From Eledone cirrhosa (taxonomy: Eukaryota): 64,000 bases of DNA. The stretch spans positions 156,612,001-156,676,000 of the forward strand of contig OZ024741.1 in the NCBI GenBank assembly GCA_964016885.1, read 5' to 3'. This document shows positions 26,996 through 40,950 of this stretch, piece after piece. The notes under the pieces are model-generated. The model was not told the DNA's origin, made no database searches, and saw only the letters and a program-made list of their open reading frames with translations. Made by a program: the position numbers and the translations under genes. Positions within the stretch are counted from its first letter, which is position 1. Each line of letters starts with the position of its first letter.

Positions 26996-27016
26996 AGAAT
27001 CTCTTCTTTATATACC

Positions 27017-27377
27017 AATTGTTTCTACTTTTGCCACAAGTCCAACACTTTAAAAAGAAAAAAAGAATGTCGATTGAAGCAACACCAGTGCATTACTGGT
27101 GCTTTATTTTATTGACCTCGTAAGGATGAAAGGCAAAACTAATCTTGGCAGGTTTTGAGCTCAGAACGTAAAGTGACATTACCAAATGCCGCAAAATGTG
27201 TTGCCCGGCGCACTTTTAATACTGACATATATTAATGGTTTCTACGATAGGCACAAGACCAACAATTTTGGAGGAGGAGAAAGTAGATTAGATCAACCCC
27301 AGTGCATTACTGGTGCTTTATTTTATGGACTCCGTAAGGATGAAAGGCAAAGCTAATTTCGACAGGATTTGAACTCA
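27017..27377 (-). mobile_element. Two adjacent diverged family A SINE copies
   Basis: The core cagtgcattactggtgctttatttt..gtaaggatgaaaggcaaa occurs twice. Confidence 0.75.
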
Positions 27378-28039
27378 ACTGACATATATTAATAAAAGGA
27401 ATTATGGTGCCAGCATAGAAGAAAAATAATACGGATAAGGCATATGTTTTATTTCGAGTTCAGTCACACTATGTGTTACTTTGACAAGCTTCTACTGTAG
27501 CTATGTATCGATCACTACCATTTGAGGGAAATTTCATAGATAGAAACTCTAGGATGCCTGTTGTACACTGGATGTTGAGAGTGATTATAGGCTGATGAAA
27601 TTCACACTCTACTATAATCACGTTGGTTATTTTAATTTTATTTAATTGTGTAATTTCATTTTGTGTGGTATATTTTTAGCTAGTTTAGATTTGTTGTATT
27701 TAGTTGTTGGGGAGAGTTGTATAAGGAAAATGTATATATTGTATCATATCTCTGGTACTGTGTGGACTAAGATACACATTGAAAGTTTTTTTTCATCGAA
27801 AGTGTTTCTGTCGTGGATTTAGATGTTTGTATTTTAACTGAGGAATTGGATTTTGTGTTATGTGTTTGTGCCTAGATTAGGCTTATTGTGTTTTGTTGTT
27901 GGGTATGGTTTTGTAAGGACAAATATATATAGGAAAAGAGTCAGGACCCCGACGGCTGGGCTCCGGCCGTTTCGACAGCTAAGTATTGAGTACTCTGGTA
28001 CATTATGGTCCACCTGGTATCTTACCACATCCTCTTTGT

Positions 28040-28070
<31 letters not shown>

Positions 28071-29834
28071 ATATCTGTGTATATATGTGTGTGTGTACAC
28101 GTGTTCGTGCATGTAATTGTGTTTACAATGTACATTTCTTAGCGGCTTGACAAAACAGAATCGATAAAACAAGTAAATGCCTTCATAAACAAGTACAGAA
28201 GACAATATGGTCAACAAAGTCTCTTCAAGGCAGCGCCCCAGCAAGGCCGTAGTCTAATAGCGAAAAGCAGTAAAATAATAAAGTAATATACCACTTGTGT
28301 GCATTTGCTCACATTAGGAGACACACTTGAAAGCAGTTGATACTGCGAAACCGCGTATAACTGTAAGATCGGTTATTAAAGTGGTTCATACAGAGCACCT
28401 AACGCTGTATAAAAGGTTAGGAGTTCATAGTTGTTAGAATTATTAGTATGCAGCTATTAATTCGTTTTTAACATGAGAGCAAATATCTCTGGATCATGTA
28501 GACTGGCTACCATATATCGTTTACCCATCAGAATACAAGATAGTTTACTGGTTCTTTTCTCAAACAAGCTGTAATTAAACCCTGGTAAATTAGTTGTATT
28601 GTTTCATTTGATGTTTCATTTATAGTGTATTGATTTTTTCTCTCGTCTACGGTTCATTAAACCCTGGTAAGTTTGTTATGTTTTGTAATTTTACATTAAA
28701 TAAATGTTAAGGTGAATAGACATTAATTGTTGTTACAAATGGTTCTAACAAGTAAAAGATCTGCGTAGAAAACGATCTTCCAAGAACATTAAAAAATATC
28801 TGAAACACAATTTCGATCATCTAAAAAACATTAGCATCTAATATGACCGTATGCTGGGCTAAAGATAATCACGATAAGTGACTGTGTACACCACAGACAC
28901 GTGTACTTTTAGCGTAATTCTCAAGCTGAATAAGCATGATACAATGTGATAAAGCTTGACCAATGAATTGCAGGAACAATCCATTTTGTATAATTGGTTG
29001 AGTATTCTCCATATATGTAATACCCAAACCAAATCAGTATGATGCAATATGTAACGAGGCTGGGCCATTGAATTATAGGTAAAATCTATCAAAAGTGCTT
29101 TCACAAGGCTTCGATCATTCAGGGGCTTTGGTAAGGAGACACTTGCCAAAGATCTCGTGCATTCGGTTAGAACCCGTGACTTTGTGATTGTGACGCGTAC
29201 TTCCTTAAACCTTTCCTTACCATACACTATATTTCAATTAATCTATGAAAAATTATGAATGATTTACTAAAATTATTAAATATTTCATTTCTAAGATATA
29301 AACTTAACCTATGGCTCTTAAATAAATTTATGTTGGAAGATTTTAATTTAAATAGAAATTAGCTATTTCAATTACTTAAATAAATGTTTGGAGAGATTTA
29401 TTAAAATTATTAATTATTTCAGCACAAAGAAATACATGCTGGGAGATTTTAATTTAAATTGGAACCCTTTAACATGGGTGGTTTTATAGAACCATTGGAG
29501 ATATTAATCAGGCTGGTATCAAAAGGGTTAATCACTGAGCATTTGTATAAACCTGTAGAGAATTACGTTAAGGTTTAGTTCGGGGAAACTGCAGCAGGAT
29601 TTTGATTAGTTTACTACTTTAACTGATGATTGATTAACGTCAAACATGAGCTGTAAAATATCGTTGTGACACTGGTTATCCTTTGGTTTAATTATAGCAA
29701 TTAAACCACACTGTGAGATGAAATTAGATACCTTCTACAATGAATTTATTGATCAGAGTTTAGAGTAATTCACATTCAATCATCTAGTTTGTACTTCTGG
29801 GTTATTTCCAAGACTGAATTATGTTGCTCGTGGA

Positions 29835-30085
29835 CCTCTGTCGGTTCCGCCGAGGAGTGTGCTAGTTGGTTGATCAACGGACAGCCTGCTCGCGCAAATT
29901 AACGAGAAAATAACTGAGCATTCCGCAGGCACGTGTGCCTTTAATGTAGTTATTAAAGATATTCAGCGTAACAGTGTGACAAATCTGGACCTTTTTCCAG
30001 CTGTGTGGATTGGAGCTACATGAAATGTAATGTCTAGGTCAATGACATAATGTGCTGTCGGGAATCGAACTCACGACCTTTCATT
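29835..30085 (-). mobile_element. tRNA-derived SINE, second family
   Basis: Minus-strand B box gttcgattccc at 30060-30070 followed by a CORE-like segment shared with 44050-44135. Confidence 0.55.
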
Positions 30086-30629
30086 CACTATCGACAACGA
30101 ATGTTCCACTTACTTTTATCAAATAAACAGCCTGCTCATGGAATTAACATGGGAAATGACTAAGAATTCCAGTGACACATGTAACCTAACTTGCATTTTA
30201 ATTTCATGAGCAGGCTGTTTCATCATTTCAAAAAGTGGAATACTCCTCGTCAGAACCAACGGAGATCCAACACATCGAAAAGCTCGAGTGTGCACAAATT
30301 ACAGGATTTATGTCAAACGTTTAAATATGGTGGATGTTGAAATAGTTTCTATCCTGGATATTCTTAAAAGACGCTAACCGTCAACCTGTCTCGGGAAAAA
30401 TCAGTAAAGAAGGTTATGTATACACTGATTACAAGATATGACCTTTATGAAGTAAATAAATCCCAAATAAAATTAAAGACAGCTAGATATTTCAGTATGT
30501 CATGGATTTGATATCTCACGAAGGAATCTATAAATTTGCCCTTTCTGGGAAAAGGTCAAATCTTTGGTAAAATACAATAATAGACAGAATCAGGAGAGTT
30601 GGTGTCTTTTAAAATTAATAATAATAAAA

Positions 30630-30772
30630 ATATGGCAGAGTCGCTAGAATGCTTTGTAGTATTCATTTCGGCTCTCTGCTCTGTGAGTTCAAATCTCGTC
30701 GAGGTCAACTTTGATTTTAATCAATTCATGGTCGATAAAAAAAGTACCAGTCAAGTACTGGGAGTCGATTAT
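30630..30772 (+). mobile_element. Diverged family A SINE
   Basis: gagttcaaatct..gaggtcaactttg..gtcgataaaaaaagtaccagt. Confidence 0.7.
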
Positions 30773-31744
30773 TCCTCTATATCTCTTTCTTACTTCCTTT
30801 CTCTCACTCTCTCTATCCTTCTCTGGAAGATATCTACTGAATTGAGACGTAGTGAGGTGATGGGTTTAAAAAATGCCCTAAAAACGGTGTATGTCAATAT
30901 AGTGCCCCAACGAATTAGGAGCCCATATGACACAAGTAAAAATACCGCCTATTAAAGACGCTTTATTTGTTCTGCTCGTGTATGTATGCTAATGTATGTA
31001 TGCGTGAGAGTGTTTCATAACCTACTATCAATATATGCAAATGTATGAAAAGAGAAAACTACATTTTTGAAGTGCGAATAATTCAAACACGCACTAACTT
31101 TTTCGTTTTGTTGCTTATTTAACTTAATACACTACACAATGGTGGTCCCCAACTTAACCAATAATGGTATATAAACCCGTAATAAGCATGATTGAAATAG
31201 CTTAGCACAGTACCTTCGAACAGATTCGAATAAAACAGTTTTTATCGACTGTCAGATATTCTATAGCCTCTATTCTGAGAGCACGCAGTGTAGCGAATCG
31301 CTTATAATTATAAACAATACGTGTCACGAAATAAAATTTGCCTTATAATTATAATTAAAAGACAGATTTTATTTCGTGACCAGGGGACAATACGAACTTG
31401 CAACAACATATTTGATTTTGTGATTTATGTACTTTAAGACGTAATTACAATGTTATATATGCCCAAATCAGAAAGCCATGCGGACACACGCAAAATCCGC
31501 ATTTATTGTGATGTATTGCATGTGTGAAGGTGCAAGGTCCAGTAGTTAGGGCGTTAATCATACAACCATGAAGTCGTAGTTTACATTTGAATGTGAAATG
31601 CAATGATTGAAGATGAACTTAAACAATCACATGTGAACGTAATATAGCTGTATGGTTCGCTTCGTAGAGAAATAAGACAAGGTGAAGTAGTTAATTTTTT
31701 TTAAAAAGAATTTGTTAATTTATTCAAAAGCAAAAATATATCCT

Positions 31745-33010
31745 TATTTAGCAAGAAAAAATATAAAAAAGGGGAAACAAAAGGCAAGAAACAATAGGGA
31801 AATATAAAAATAAGAGAGTGAGAGGGAGAGAAAGAAGAAAAAGAACGGGAAAGGGAGGGGATGGCAAGAGCTCTGGTGTCGCGGAAAAAAGGGAAGAGGT
31901 GAAGGGGGAGGTTGATTGGGCTTTGGGTCTAGAGCAAGGGGGCTGGAGTGCTGCGCCTCGCGGACAAGACGGCAAAAGCATTCCCACGTACGATGGCCAG
32001 TGACACCCGCTGCAACAACCACACAACCACGTTGGGCTCCTTCCTCAGAGGGGCCGCCGACGCTCAGATCTTAGGAGGAGCTCGGCAGTACGGCGTCCAA
32101 GCCGAAGTGACTAAGTTGGAGGCGAAGAACATGTCACAACATGTGGCGTCCTAGATGAGGGATCTACCTCCTTCGAATGAGAAGAGGGTGATTCCGTCGA
32201 AGCGCTTACCATCTCCGTGATCTAGGCCTGTTGGCTCCAGTTGAGATGGAAAGCCAGCTGTGTCCAGGCTTCTTCTCAATACGACGGTGAGAGTGGCGTG
32301 TCGGGTGAACCGGTCTGCGCTCTGGCGGCAAGACAGGGTGCAGGCCGAACTTGTCAACAACCGCCCCACAGTGGCATCTATGTGGCTCACACACGCGGAG
32401 GCTGATCGGAGGTCGAGGCCATAGAACCTTGCTGGGAGTGTCACCTGTTGCCAGCCTGCACTGTCGAAACTGACATTGCAGATGAGTTCCGCACAGCGTC
32501 GATTTGTGGCGTCAAATTCCTCGAGAAGATCTGTGTGGAGTTGGCAAGGTACACCGCATAGCGTGACTGTGAGTTTGGGGAGGGCGAAACAGTTCCTCAA
32601 GAGGAAGAGCGCGGGGTGAGCGTTAATGAGGCGCAGCCTTTCTTTTAATCGAGACAGATCCGCGTGCTTGGTCTCCAGGCATTCTCTTATGGCTTTTGGG
32701 AGAATGGGGGAGCCGAGAATAAATGCGGCGTCCCTAGGGTTCGGTCGAGCACCGGCCTGGAAGAGGTGGGAGCATAGCACGGCGTTGCGGAATTCGGCCT
32801 CTCTGTAGGTGATGTTGGTCACTTCAGACATGGTTGGGTTAATCTCAAGTCCGAGGAGCTTCAGAGCTGGGATGATATGTCGAAGGTCCTCAACTAGCGT
32901 CTCAGCCGGCTCACCCAGGGTTGAGTCGTCGAGGTACCAGACGTTGAGGGGTGACCGGACCGACCGGGCTACCTCGTAGACTGCCAGTTCGTAAAGGAGC
33001 GAGCCGAGTA
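31745..33010 (-). mobile_element. 5'-truncated restriction-like-endonuclease LINE (CRE-like), pseudogenised
   Basis: RT WYLDD, zinc-knuckle remnant, LEPTGLDHGDGKRFDGIT..LI*DATC, C-terminal SLAIVRGNA. Visibly GC-richer than the flanks. Confidence 0.8.
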
Positions 33011-33277
33011 ATTGATTAATCAGTTTTACGATTGCTTCAGAGACGAAAATTATCAATGCATACACCAATCATTAACCTCAAAAAACACACCAACTCTGCT
33101 ATCTTTGCTCGGAAACAAATATATCATGCCCCCCCCCCCCCCCCCCCCCCCCCCCAAAAAAAATCAAACACCATTTTATTTTATTTCAATAGGATATTTA
33201 CATCAACGCTACATTGAGTTCTGAAATAGTTATAAATTCTACCTTGATTAGGTAGGTGACTAATTCATGAATGATTG

Positions 33278-33389
<112 letters not shown>

Positions 33390-33850
33390 GTGGAATAAAG
33401 AAACAACCTATATAATATTTCATAACAAACCGTCAAAACAAATCAATCATATTTTTGTCTTATGTTCAGACAGTCTGCTTTATGTGAATCATGTCTGCTT
33501 ATTTTAAAGTTATAACTTAATGTAACTAAGTGTTGAGACACAGAAATAGTATGAGCAATGGAAATAGCAATGAAAACAGTGTTTCTTTAGCAGAACTAAC
33601 GATTGTCTCCTCCATTCTGCCAGAAGTTGCTACCGACAGCAAAACCAATAGAAAAATAGTTTCCTTGATCCAATATGACGCTTGGTTTTTATCATTTCTT
33701 AATATAAGCCAGACAGATTCTTAAATTCCAGCAAACTCTATAGACACATTTTCTTCCCATTGTCGCTTATATTTTTAACTTCCCTTCCCCCGCTTAGTTC
33801 AAATATTTAATACTACAAACTATGTATATAGTTTTATTGCATATTCAAAA

Positions 33851-33925
<75 letters not shown>

Positions 33926-33929
<4 letters not shown>

Positions 33930-36244
33930 TATTGAAGTTTCCGTTGAAAATTGAAAAAGTCATAGGAGTGAAGAGTGCTGTATGTAAGTACCAGAGCAAA
34001 ATTTAATGAATAGTAAACAATACAATATAATTACCTCACTACCAGAGGTTTCCCCAATAAGACGAATACGAAAGAAACGTCCTCATTCGTTCGTCGGACA
34101 AGGCAATATAAAACATAGGGAAATATTTGGAAAGTATCCTCAAGAAATGCCAAAAAATATATATATATATATAAATAAAGGTAATGCAATAGACATATAA
34201 AATATATGAAAAAATATAAGGAAATATAGTTAGGTGTGTGTATATGTATGTATATACACCAACAAATGTACATATGTATGTATGTACAAATGCGTGTGTA
34301 TGGTGAAAATGTGTCCGTAAGTACATATATGAGGGCAAGTATATTTGTGTATATGTAACCACAAATACGGATATAATCTAGTTGACACGAATCCATAAGC
34401 AGGTATTAGATACACATATGCGTATGAAAGCACGCGTATAAACACACACACACGCGCGATCACTTATATGCGGAAGATAAAGGGGGAAGAGAGTGTAATA
34501 GTTAAAAGAAAGTGTCATTCTCGATATATGTATATAACATTAAACAATATGTAAGAAAGAAAAAATGTTTAAATGAAAGAGAAAGTAATCAATTAACACT
34601 AGAGAAAAGAAAAGAAAAGACGATACACGCGTACATACACATATATCTATAAAAAACATATATCTATAAGAAAATATATATATACACGCAGTACGTACAG
34701 ACAAAAGCGTATGTATGCGTACATACTTACACAGGATGCACGTATACATATACATATATACATACATATCGCCCCATGTATATCTAATCACACGTACGTA
34801 CGCGACTGTATATAAATATATATATATATATATACATACACGCACACATACACATCCATACATACAATACATATATACACACATACACGCAAACATATTC
34901 AAGTACATTGACCCGCTTACACGCACACACATAAAAATAAGAATGTAAAAAACATAGATATAAAAACAGATATAAAAAACATACATAAATACACATATAT
35001 ATACATGCACGCACACGCGCATACGGAGGCGTTCGTGTACATATACAGAACGTATACACACATAAAGACGCTCAGACACATAGATACAGGGTGTAAAGCA
35101 GCCTTATGAATAAATGAGTACAAATATAAAAATATAAAATTGGCTGCGAAATAACAGAAAATATCTGAGGTGGAAAACGCAAGTGACTGTATAATCAGGT
35201 AGTAAAGAAAATAGGGAAGTAAAAAGTGGAAAGTGAAGATATTAGGTAAGTGAATCGAAGGATAAAGGGGGGGGGGGGTTACTGGTGGATGTGAAGTAAA
35301 AATAAAAATAAAAATAAAAATAAAAATAAAAATAAAATTAAAATTAATAATAAGGTTAAAAATAAAAAAAATCAGAAAGAGTAGTCTTTAAAGAGAATAA
35401 TTTAAGTGAAGAATAAGAGCTTATGGAGGATAAGTATCTGAAAGTGTGTTAAGTTTATATGAGCTGGAAAGCAAGTGTGATTTCATGTGTGGGCAACTGG
35501 TAAAAATTTCTGACTTTGTATTTAGGCAGGTTTTTGGTGATTTAAGGTTTTGTAAAATCCAATATTTTTCATTTATGGAGAGTGTGCATTTTCTTGTTCC
35601 TCTTGCATATTGGTTCAAAATTGACCAATCCAATTTATATTGGATACCTTGGTCTTTCAAATCCCATATTCTGCTAGCCAGAGCTGTTGTGAATCTTTTT
35701 TCTGGATGTCGAAAGGATGCGACATGTGAGTAATAACGCGTTTTGAACTTGTCTTGTGTCATACCCACATATCGTTCACTGGTGGCTGGTTGGTTGTTGC
35801 TGATAGTTGTCACTTTAGCCGCATATACATTGGCTTTGGTGTTGCATTTACCTTGTAATGGGCATTCACTTTTGACTCTACAGGAGCAATTTTGATGTTC
35901 TCTAGGTGATCTTTTGTTGATGATATACGATTTAATAGGGGGACCGCAGGAGTAGCTGATTTTGACACAGTTTCTATTAAAGATCTTATAGTACCTATGT
36001 GTTCTAGGGAAATGTTTATCTAAGAGCTCTAGGAATGTTTTGCCTACATTAGTTTTAACTGCTAGAGAGTAGGGGGGTGTGAACCAGATTATTTTTCTTT
36101 TCCTATTTTTATGTTTAAAAGAGTTAGTATAGTTGGGTATGTATTTAATCGGTTCGCTAAATCCGCTATTTTTGAGGGCTTTATTATAGTAGGCGATGCC
36201 TTATTGAAAATAGCTTCTGAGGAAGAGAGGGTGGAGATACCTAT
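33926..36244 (-). mobile_element. Penelope-like element, inverted arm (RT thumb, GIY-YIG, 3' pLTR)
   Basis: Reverse complement of 37182-39489. ORF 35421-35813 has YVGMTQDKFKTRYYSH..C.H. Confidence 0.9.
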
Positions 36245-38013
36245 ACGAAGTTAATAATAATTTACACGACCAACTATTAATAGATAATATCACCTCTAAA
36301 TACGAAATACCTAATATAAACACGTATCACAATATAAATAAGGAAGCTAAAGAATTAGCTGTTTCTTTAAAAATAGATAATAGGACAGAAAAACTTGCTA
36401 AACGTAATTCATATATCACCCTTAAAGATCACAAACCTGACTTTATTAATCGTCCTAGTTGTAGATTAATCAACCCTGCTAAGACTCATATCGGTCTTGC
36501 CAGCAAAAAAATGTTAAATAATATAAACACACACATTAGAAGTAAGTCTAAATTACTCCAATGGATAAATAGCTCTTCCGTAGTACATTGGTTTAATAAA
36601 ATTAAAGATAAAAATAGTTCTAGATTCACCCAATTTGACATTGTAGATTTCTACCCATCTATCACTCAGACTCTTTTAGCGAAAGCTTTAAATTTCGCTA
36701 TAAAGTTTACCAATATCTCTGATATTGAAGAGAATGTCATCTTGCACGCTAGAAACACTCTACTCTTTACTGATAATGATACTTGGGTAAAAATATCTAA
36801 CCCAGAGAGCCCATTCGATGTCTCAATGGGCTCTTTTGATAGTGCTGATGTTTGTGATTTAGTCGGCCTATTCCTCCTACACACACTTAAAGAAACATTC
36901 CCTAACCATATTTTTGGGCTTTATCGCGACGATGGTTTAATACTTTCCCATACCACCATAGGCCATAACTTAGATAGATTAAGGAAAGACTTAATAAAAA
37001 CCTTCGCTAGTTTTAATCTTAAAATTACTATTGACACTAACCTTTCTAATGTTAATTTCCTAGATATAAACCTAGATTTGCCTACTGCTTCTTATAAACC
37101 ATACCATAAACCTAATGAAAATTTAAAATATATAAATAAAGGCTCTTGCCATCCTCCTATAGTTTTTAAAAACCTTATCCCATAGGATCTCCACCCTTTC
37201 TTCCTCAGAAGCTATTTTCAATAAGGCATCCCCCTACTATAATAAAGCCCTTCAAAATAGCGGATTTAGCGAACCGATTAAATACATACCCAACTATACT
37301 AACTCTTTTAAACATAAAAATAGGAAAAGAAAAATAATCTGGTTCACACCCCCTACTCTCTAACAGTTAAAACTAATGTAGGCAAAAAATTCCTAGAGCT
37401 CTTAGATAAACATTTCCCTAGAACACATAGATACTATAAGATCTTTAATAGAAACTGTGTCAAAATTAGCTACTCCTGCGGTCCCCCTATTAAATCTTAT
37501 ATCATCAACAAAAAATCACCTAGAGAACATCAAAATTGCTCCTGTAGAGTCAAAAGTGAATGCCCATTACAAGGTAAATGCAACACCAAAGCCATTGTAT
37601 ATGCGGCTAAAGTGACAACCATCAGCAACAACCAACCAGCCACCAGTGAACGATATGTGGGTACGACACAAGACAAGTTCAAAACGCGTTATTACTCACA
37701 TGTCGCATCCTTTCGACATCCAGAAAAAAGATTCACAACAGCTCTGGCTTGCAGAATATGGGATTTGAAAGACCAAGGTATCCAATATAAATTGGATTGG
37801 TTAATTTTGAACCAATCTAAAGAATATGCAAGAGGAACAAGAAAATGCACACTCTGCATAAATGAAAAATATTGGATTTTACAAAACCTTAAATCACCAA
37901 AAACCTGCCTAAATACAAACACAGAATTTTTTACCAGTTGCCCACACATGAAATCACACTTGCTTTCCAGCTCATATAAACTTAACACACTTTCAGATAC
38001 TTATCCTCCATAA
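36241..38013 (+). pseudogene. PLE reverse transcriptase/GIY-YIG ORF, frameshifted
   Basis: Frame is open 36241-37185. 1-bp deletions near 37186 and 37350 relative to the left arm. Endonuclease frame ends at 38013. Confidence 0.88.
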
Positions 38014-39489
38014 GCTCTTATTCTTCACTTAAATTATTCTCTTTAAAGACTACTCTTTCTGATTTACTTTCATTTTTAACCTTATTACTAATTTTAATTT
38101 TATTTTTATTTTTATTTTTTGTTTATTTTTATTTTTATTTTTATTTTTATTTTTATTTTTATTTTTATTTTTATTTTTATTTTTATTTTTACTTCACATC
38201 CACCAGTAACCCCCCCCCCCCTTTATCCTTCGATTCATTTACCTAATATCTTCACTTTCCACTTTTTACTTCCCTATTTTCTTTACTACCTGATTATACA
38301 GTCACTTGCGTTTTCCACCTCAGATATTTTCTGTTATTTCGCAGCCAATTTTATATTTTTATATTTGTACTCATTTATTCATAAGGCTGCTTTACACCCT
38401 CTATCTATGTGTCTGAGCGTCTTTATGTGTGTATATGTTCTGTATATGTACACGAACGCCTCCGTATGCGCGTGTGCGTGCGTGTATATATATGTGTATG
38501 TATGTGTGTTTTTTTATATCTGTGTTTTTATATCTATGTTTTTTACATTCTTATTTTTATGTGTGTGCGTGTAAGCGGGTCAATGTACTTGAATATGTTT
38601 GTGTGTATGTGTGTATATATGTATTGTATGTGTGGATGTGTATGTGTGCGTGTACGTATATATATATATATATATATATATACAGTGGCGTATGTACGTG
38701 TGATTAGATATACATGGGGCGATATGTATGTAAATGTATACGTGCATCCTGTGTAAGTATGTACGCATGCATACGCTTTTGTCTGTACGTATTGCGTGTA
38801 TATATATATATTTTCTTATAGATATATGTTTTTTGAGATATATGTGTATGTACGCGTGTTTCTTCTTTTATTTTCTTTTCTTTTCTTTTCTTTTCTCTAG
38901 TGTTAATTGACTACTTTCTCTTTCATTTAAACATTTTTTCTTTCTCACATATTGTTTAATTTTTATGCATATATCGAGAATGACACTTTCTTTTAACTAT
39001 TACACTCCCTTCCCCCTTTATCTTCCGCATATAAGTGATCGCGCGTGTGTGTGTGTTTATACTCGTGCTTTCATACGCATATGTGTATCTAATACCTGCT
39101 TCTGGATTCGTGTCAACTAGATTATATCCATATTTGTGGTTAGATATACACAAATATACTTGCCCTCAGATATGTACTTACGTACACATTTTCACCATAC
39201 ACACGCATTTGTAAATACATACATATGTACATTTGTGAGTGTATATACATACATATACACACACCTAACTATATTTCCTTATATTTTTTTATATATTTTA
39301 TATGTCTATTGCATGACCTTTATTTATATATATATTTTTTTTTTGCATTTCTTGAGGAGATTTTCCAAATATTTCACTATGTTTTATATTGCCTTGTCCG
39401 ACGAACGAATGAGGACGTTTCTTTCGTATTCGTCTTATTCGGGAAACCTCTTGTAATGAGGTAATTATATTGTATTGTTTACTATACAT
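36241..39489 (+). mobile_element. 5'-truncated Penelope-like element (RT + GIY-YIG + pLTR)
   Basis: ITLKDHK..CRLINP, FDIVDFYPSI, MGSFDSADVCDLVG, GLYRDDGL, NFLD, then CPLQGKC..IVY..YVG. Confidence 0.93.
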
Positions 39490-39494
39490 TATAT

Positions 39495-39550
<56 letters not shown>

Positions 39551-39733
39551 TAGAGATATAGATATAGTAGTGAAAGAGTGAAGAATAACATGGTCGGCTG
39601 TACAAAAAGAGTTTTATTTACAGCATTAACAATTATTTCATTGATCAGGTGAGTCTAAAAGTCGCTGACCACTCGAAGTTGCGTCACTCGACCTTAAATA
39701 CAGTGTGCGTCTCTGATTAAATCATCGGAATAC

Positions 39734-39771
<38 letters not shown>

Positions 39772-39774
39772 AAA

Positions 39775-40040
39775 TTTCGTATATCTACGGATATGCGGTA
39801 TGTTTATTACGAATAAAGATTTAGAAAACATTTTAGCTATGGATATTGAAAAGCTGACGGCTAGAGTCGTCTAGCGGATCCAGCAGAAGAGCAGAAGTAG
39901 CAAAGGGACAACTGCGAACCCATTTCTGGCTCTGGCCGTCATCCGGTCAATGCTTTCCCATTTCTCTCATGGAATTTGAAACAGGCGCAAATATATAGTT
40001 TTTTTTTGTAATCAGCTATGTCGGAGTGAAAACTTGAAAT
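39775..40040 (-). mobile_element. pLTR-like repeat related to 59115-59330
   Basis: Shared aatttcgtatatcta..ggtatgttta..gctgacggctag..ccagcagaag. Confidence 0.6.
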
Positions 40041-40112
40041 ATCTATATGAGTGTGTGTGTGTCTGGGCATGTATAAATGCATGTATGTATATTTATATAT
40101 ATATATATATAT

Positions 40113-40709
40113 AGAACTAGGAACAAGGCTAATAGAATAAACTCATGGTATGATAGCAATAAATACCAGAGTGTAATGTTCATCGATACAACCCCTAGAG
40201 GTGAATTAGCTTACAAATTTAGAAGGGCCCTAGATAAACATAAACTCAATATTAAGATAGTAGAAAGACCAGGTACCTACGTAAAAACACTTATTAGCAA
40301 GACATACCCTTTTCAAAGACCCTCATGTATAGATAAGAAATGTATAACCTGTAAAATAAGCCCCCATATTAACTGTAAAACTAGAAATGTAGTGTATAGC
40401 ATAAGATGTACTGAAGGACAATGTAGAGACAAAAATATAGTGTACATAGGGGAGACAGCTCGTAGTGTAGGGGAACGGATAAATGAACACTGGCGAGACC
40501 TTCAAGATAGTAAAGAATCATCTGTACTCTACCAACATGCTAAAATAGAACACAAGGGTAAATTAGAGAACATAGAAATAAAAATAAAATCTACACACAG
40601 AAAAGACGCAATGTTTAGACAAATCACAGATGCAATAAACATAAAAGAATTACAACCAAAATTAAATAGAAAATATGAGTGGAACAGCAACATCACAACT
40701 TACAATTAA
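40113..40709 (+). pseudogene. Uninterrupted C-terminal fragment of the PLE ORF (zinc finger + GIY-YIG endonuclease)
   Basis: Stop-free 5'-truncated frame. The listed ORF start at 40077 lies in microsatellite. Confidence 0.85.
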
Positions 40710-40905
40710 GGACAAAATGAATACACACACATAGAACAAACAACCAACCAGTAACCTGTAAATAAACAAATATATAAATGAACATAAACACGCACAGACA
40801 CCCGGATGTGGCGCATGCGCAGACTGAGCACACAACACACACACAGAAACAAAATGGCGTAGGACAGAACAAAGGAGAGGCACAGAAACAAAGAAAGGAA
40901 TCCCC

Positions 40906-40950
40906 AGTCACTGAAGAGGTCACAGAGTGTGTGACGAAAGAACTATGACT
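40906..40950 (+). ncRNA. Minimal type I hammerhead ribozyme in PLE pLTR
   Basis: agtca-CTGAAGA-ggtcac(agagtgt)gtgac-GAAA-gaac-TA-tgact. Confidence 0.8.

Noticed and set aside
28859-29227. 122-aa minus-strand ORF
   Set aside because: Its first half overlaps a decayed tRNA-SINE-like sequence and no domain is recognisable.
39397-39463. Hammerhead in the large PLE pLTR (ccgacga...gaaa-cctc..gagg-ta; mirror at about 34030-34098)
   Set aside because: The core has C at U4 and I could not find a convincing stem I. It is at best degenerate.
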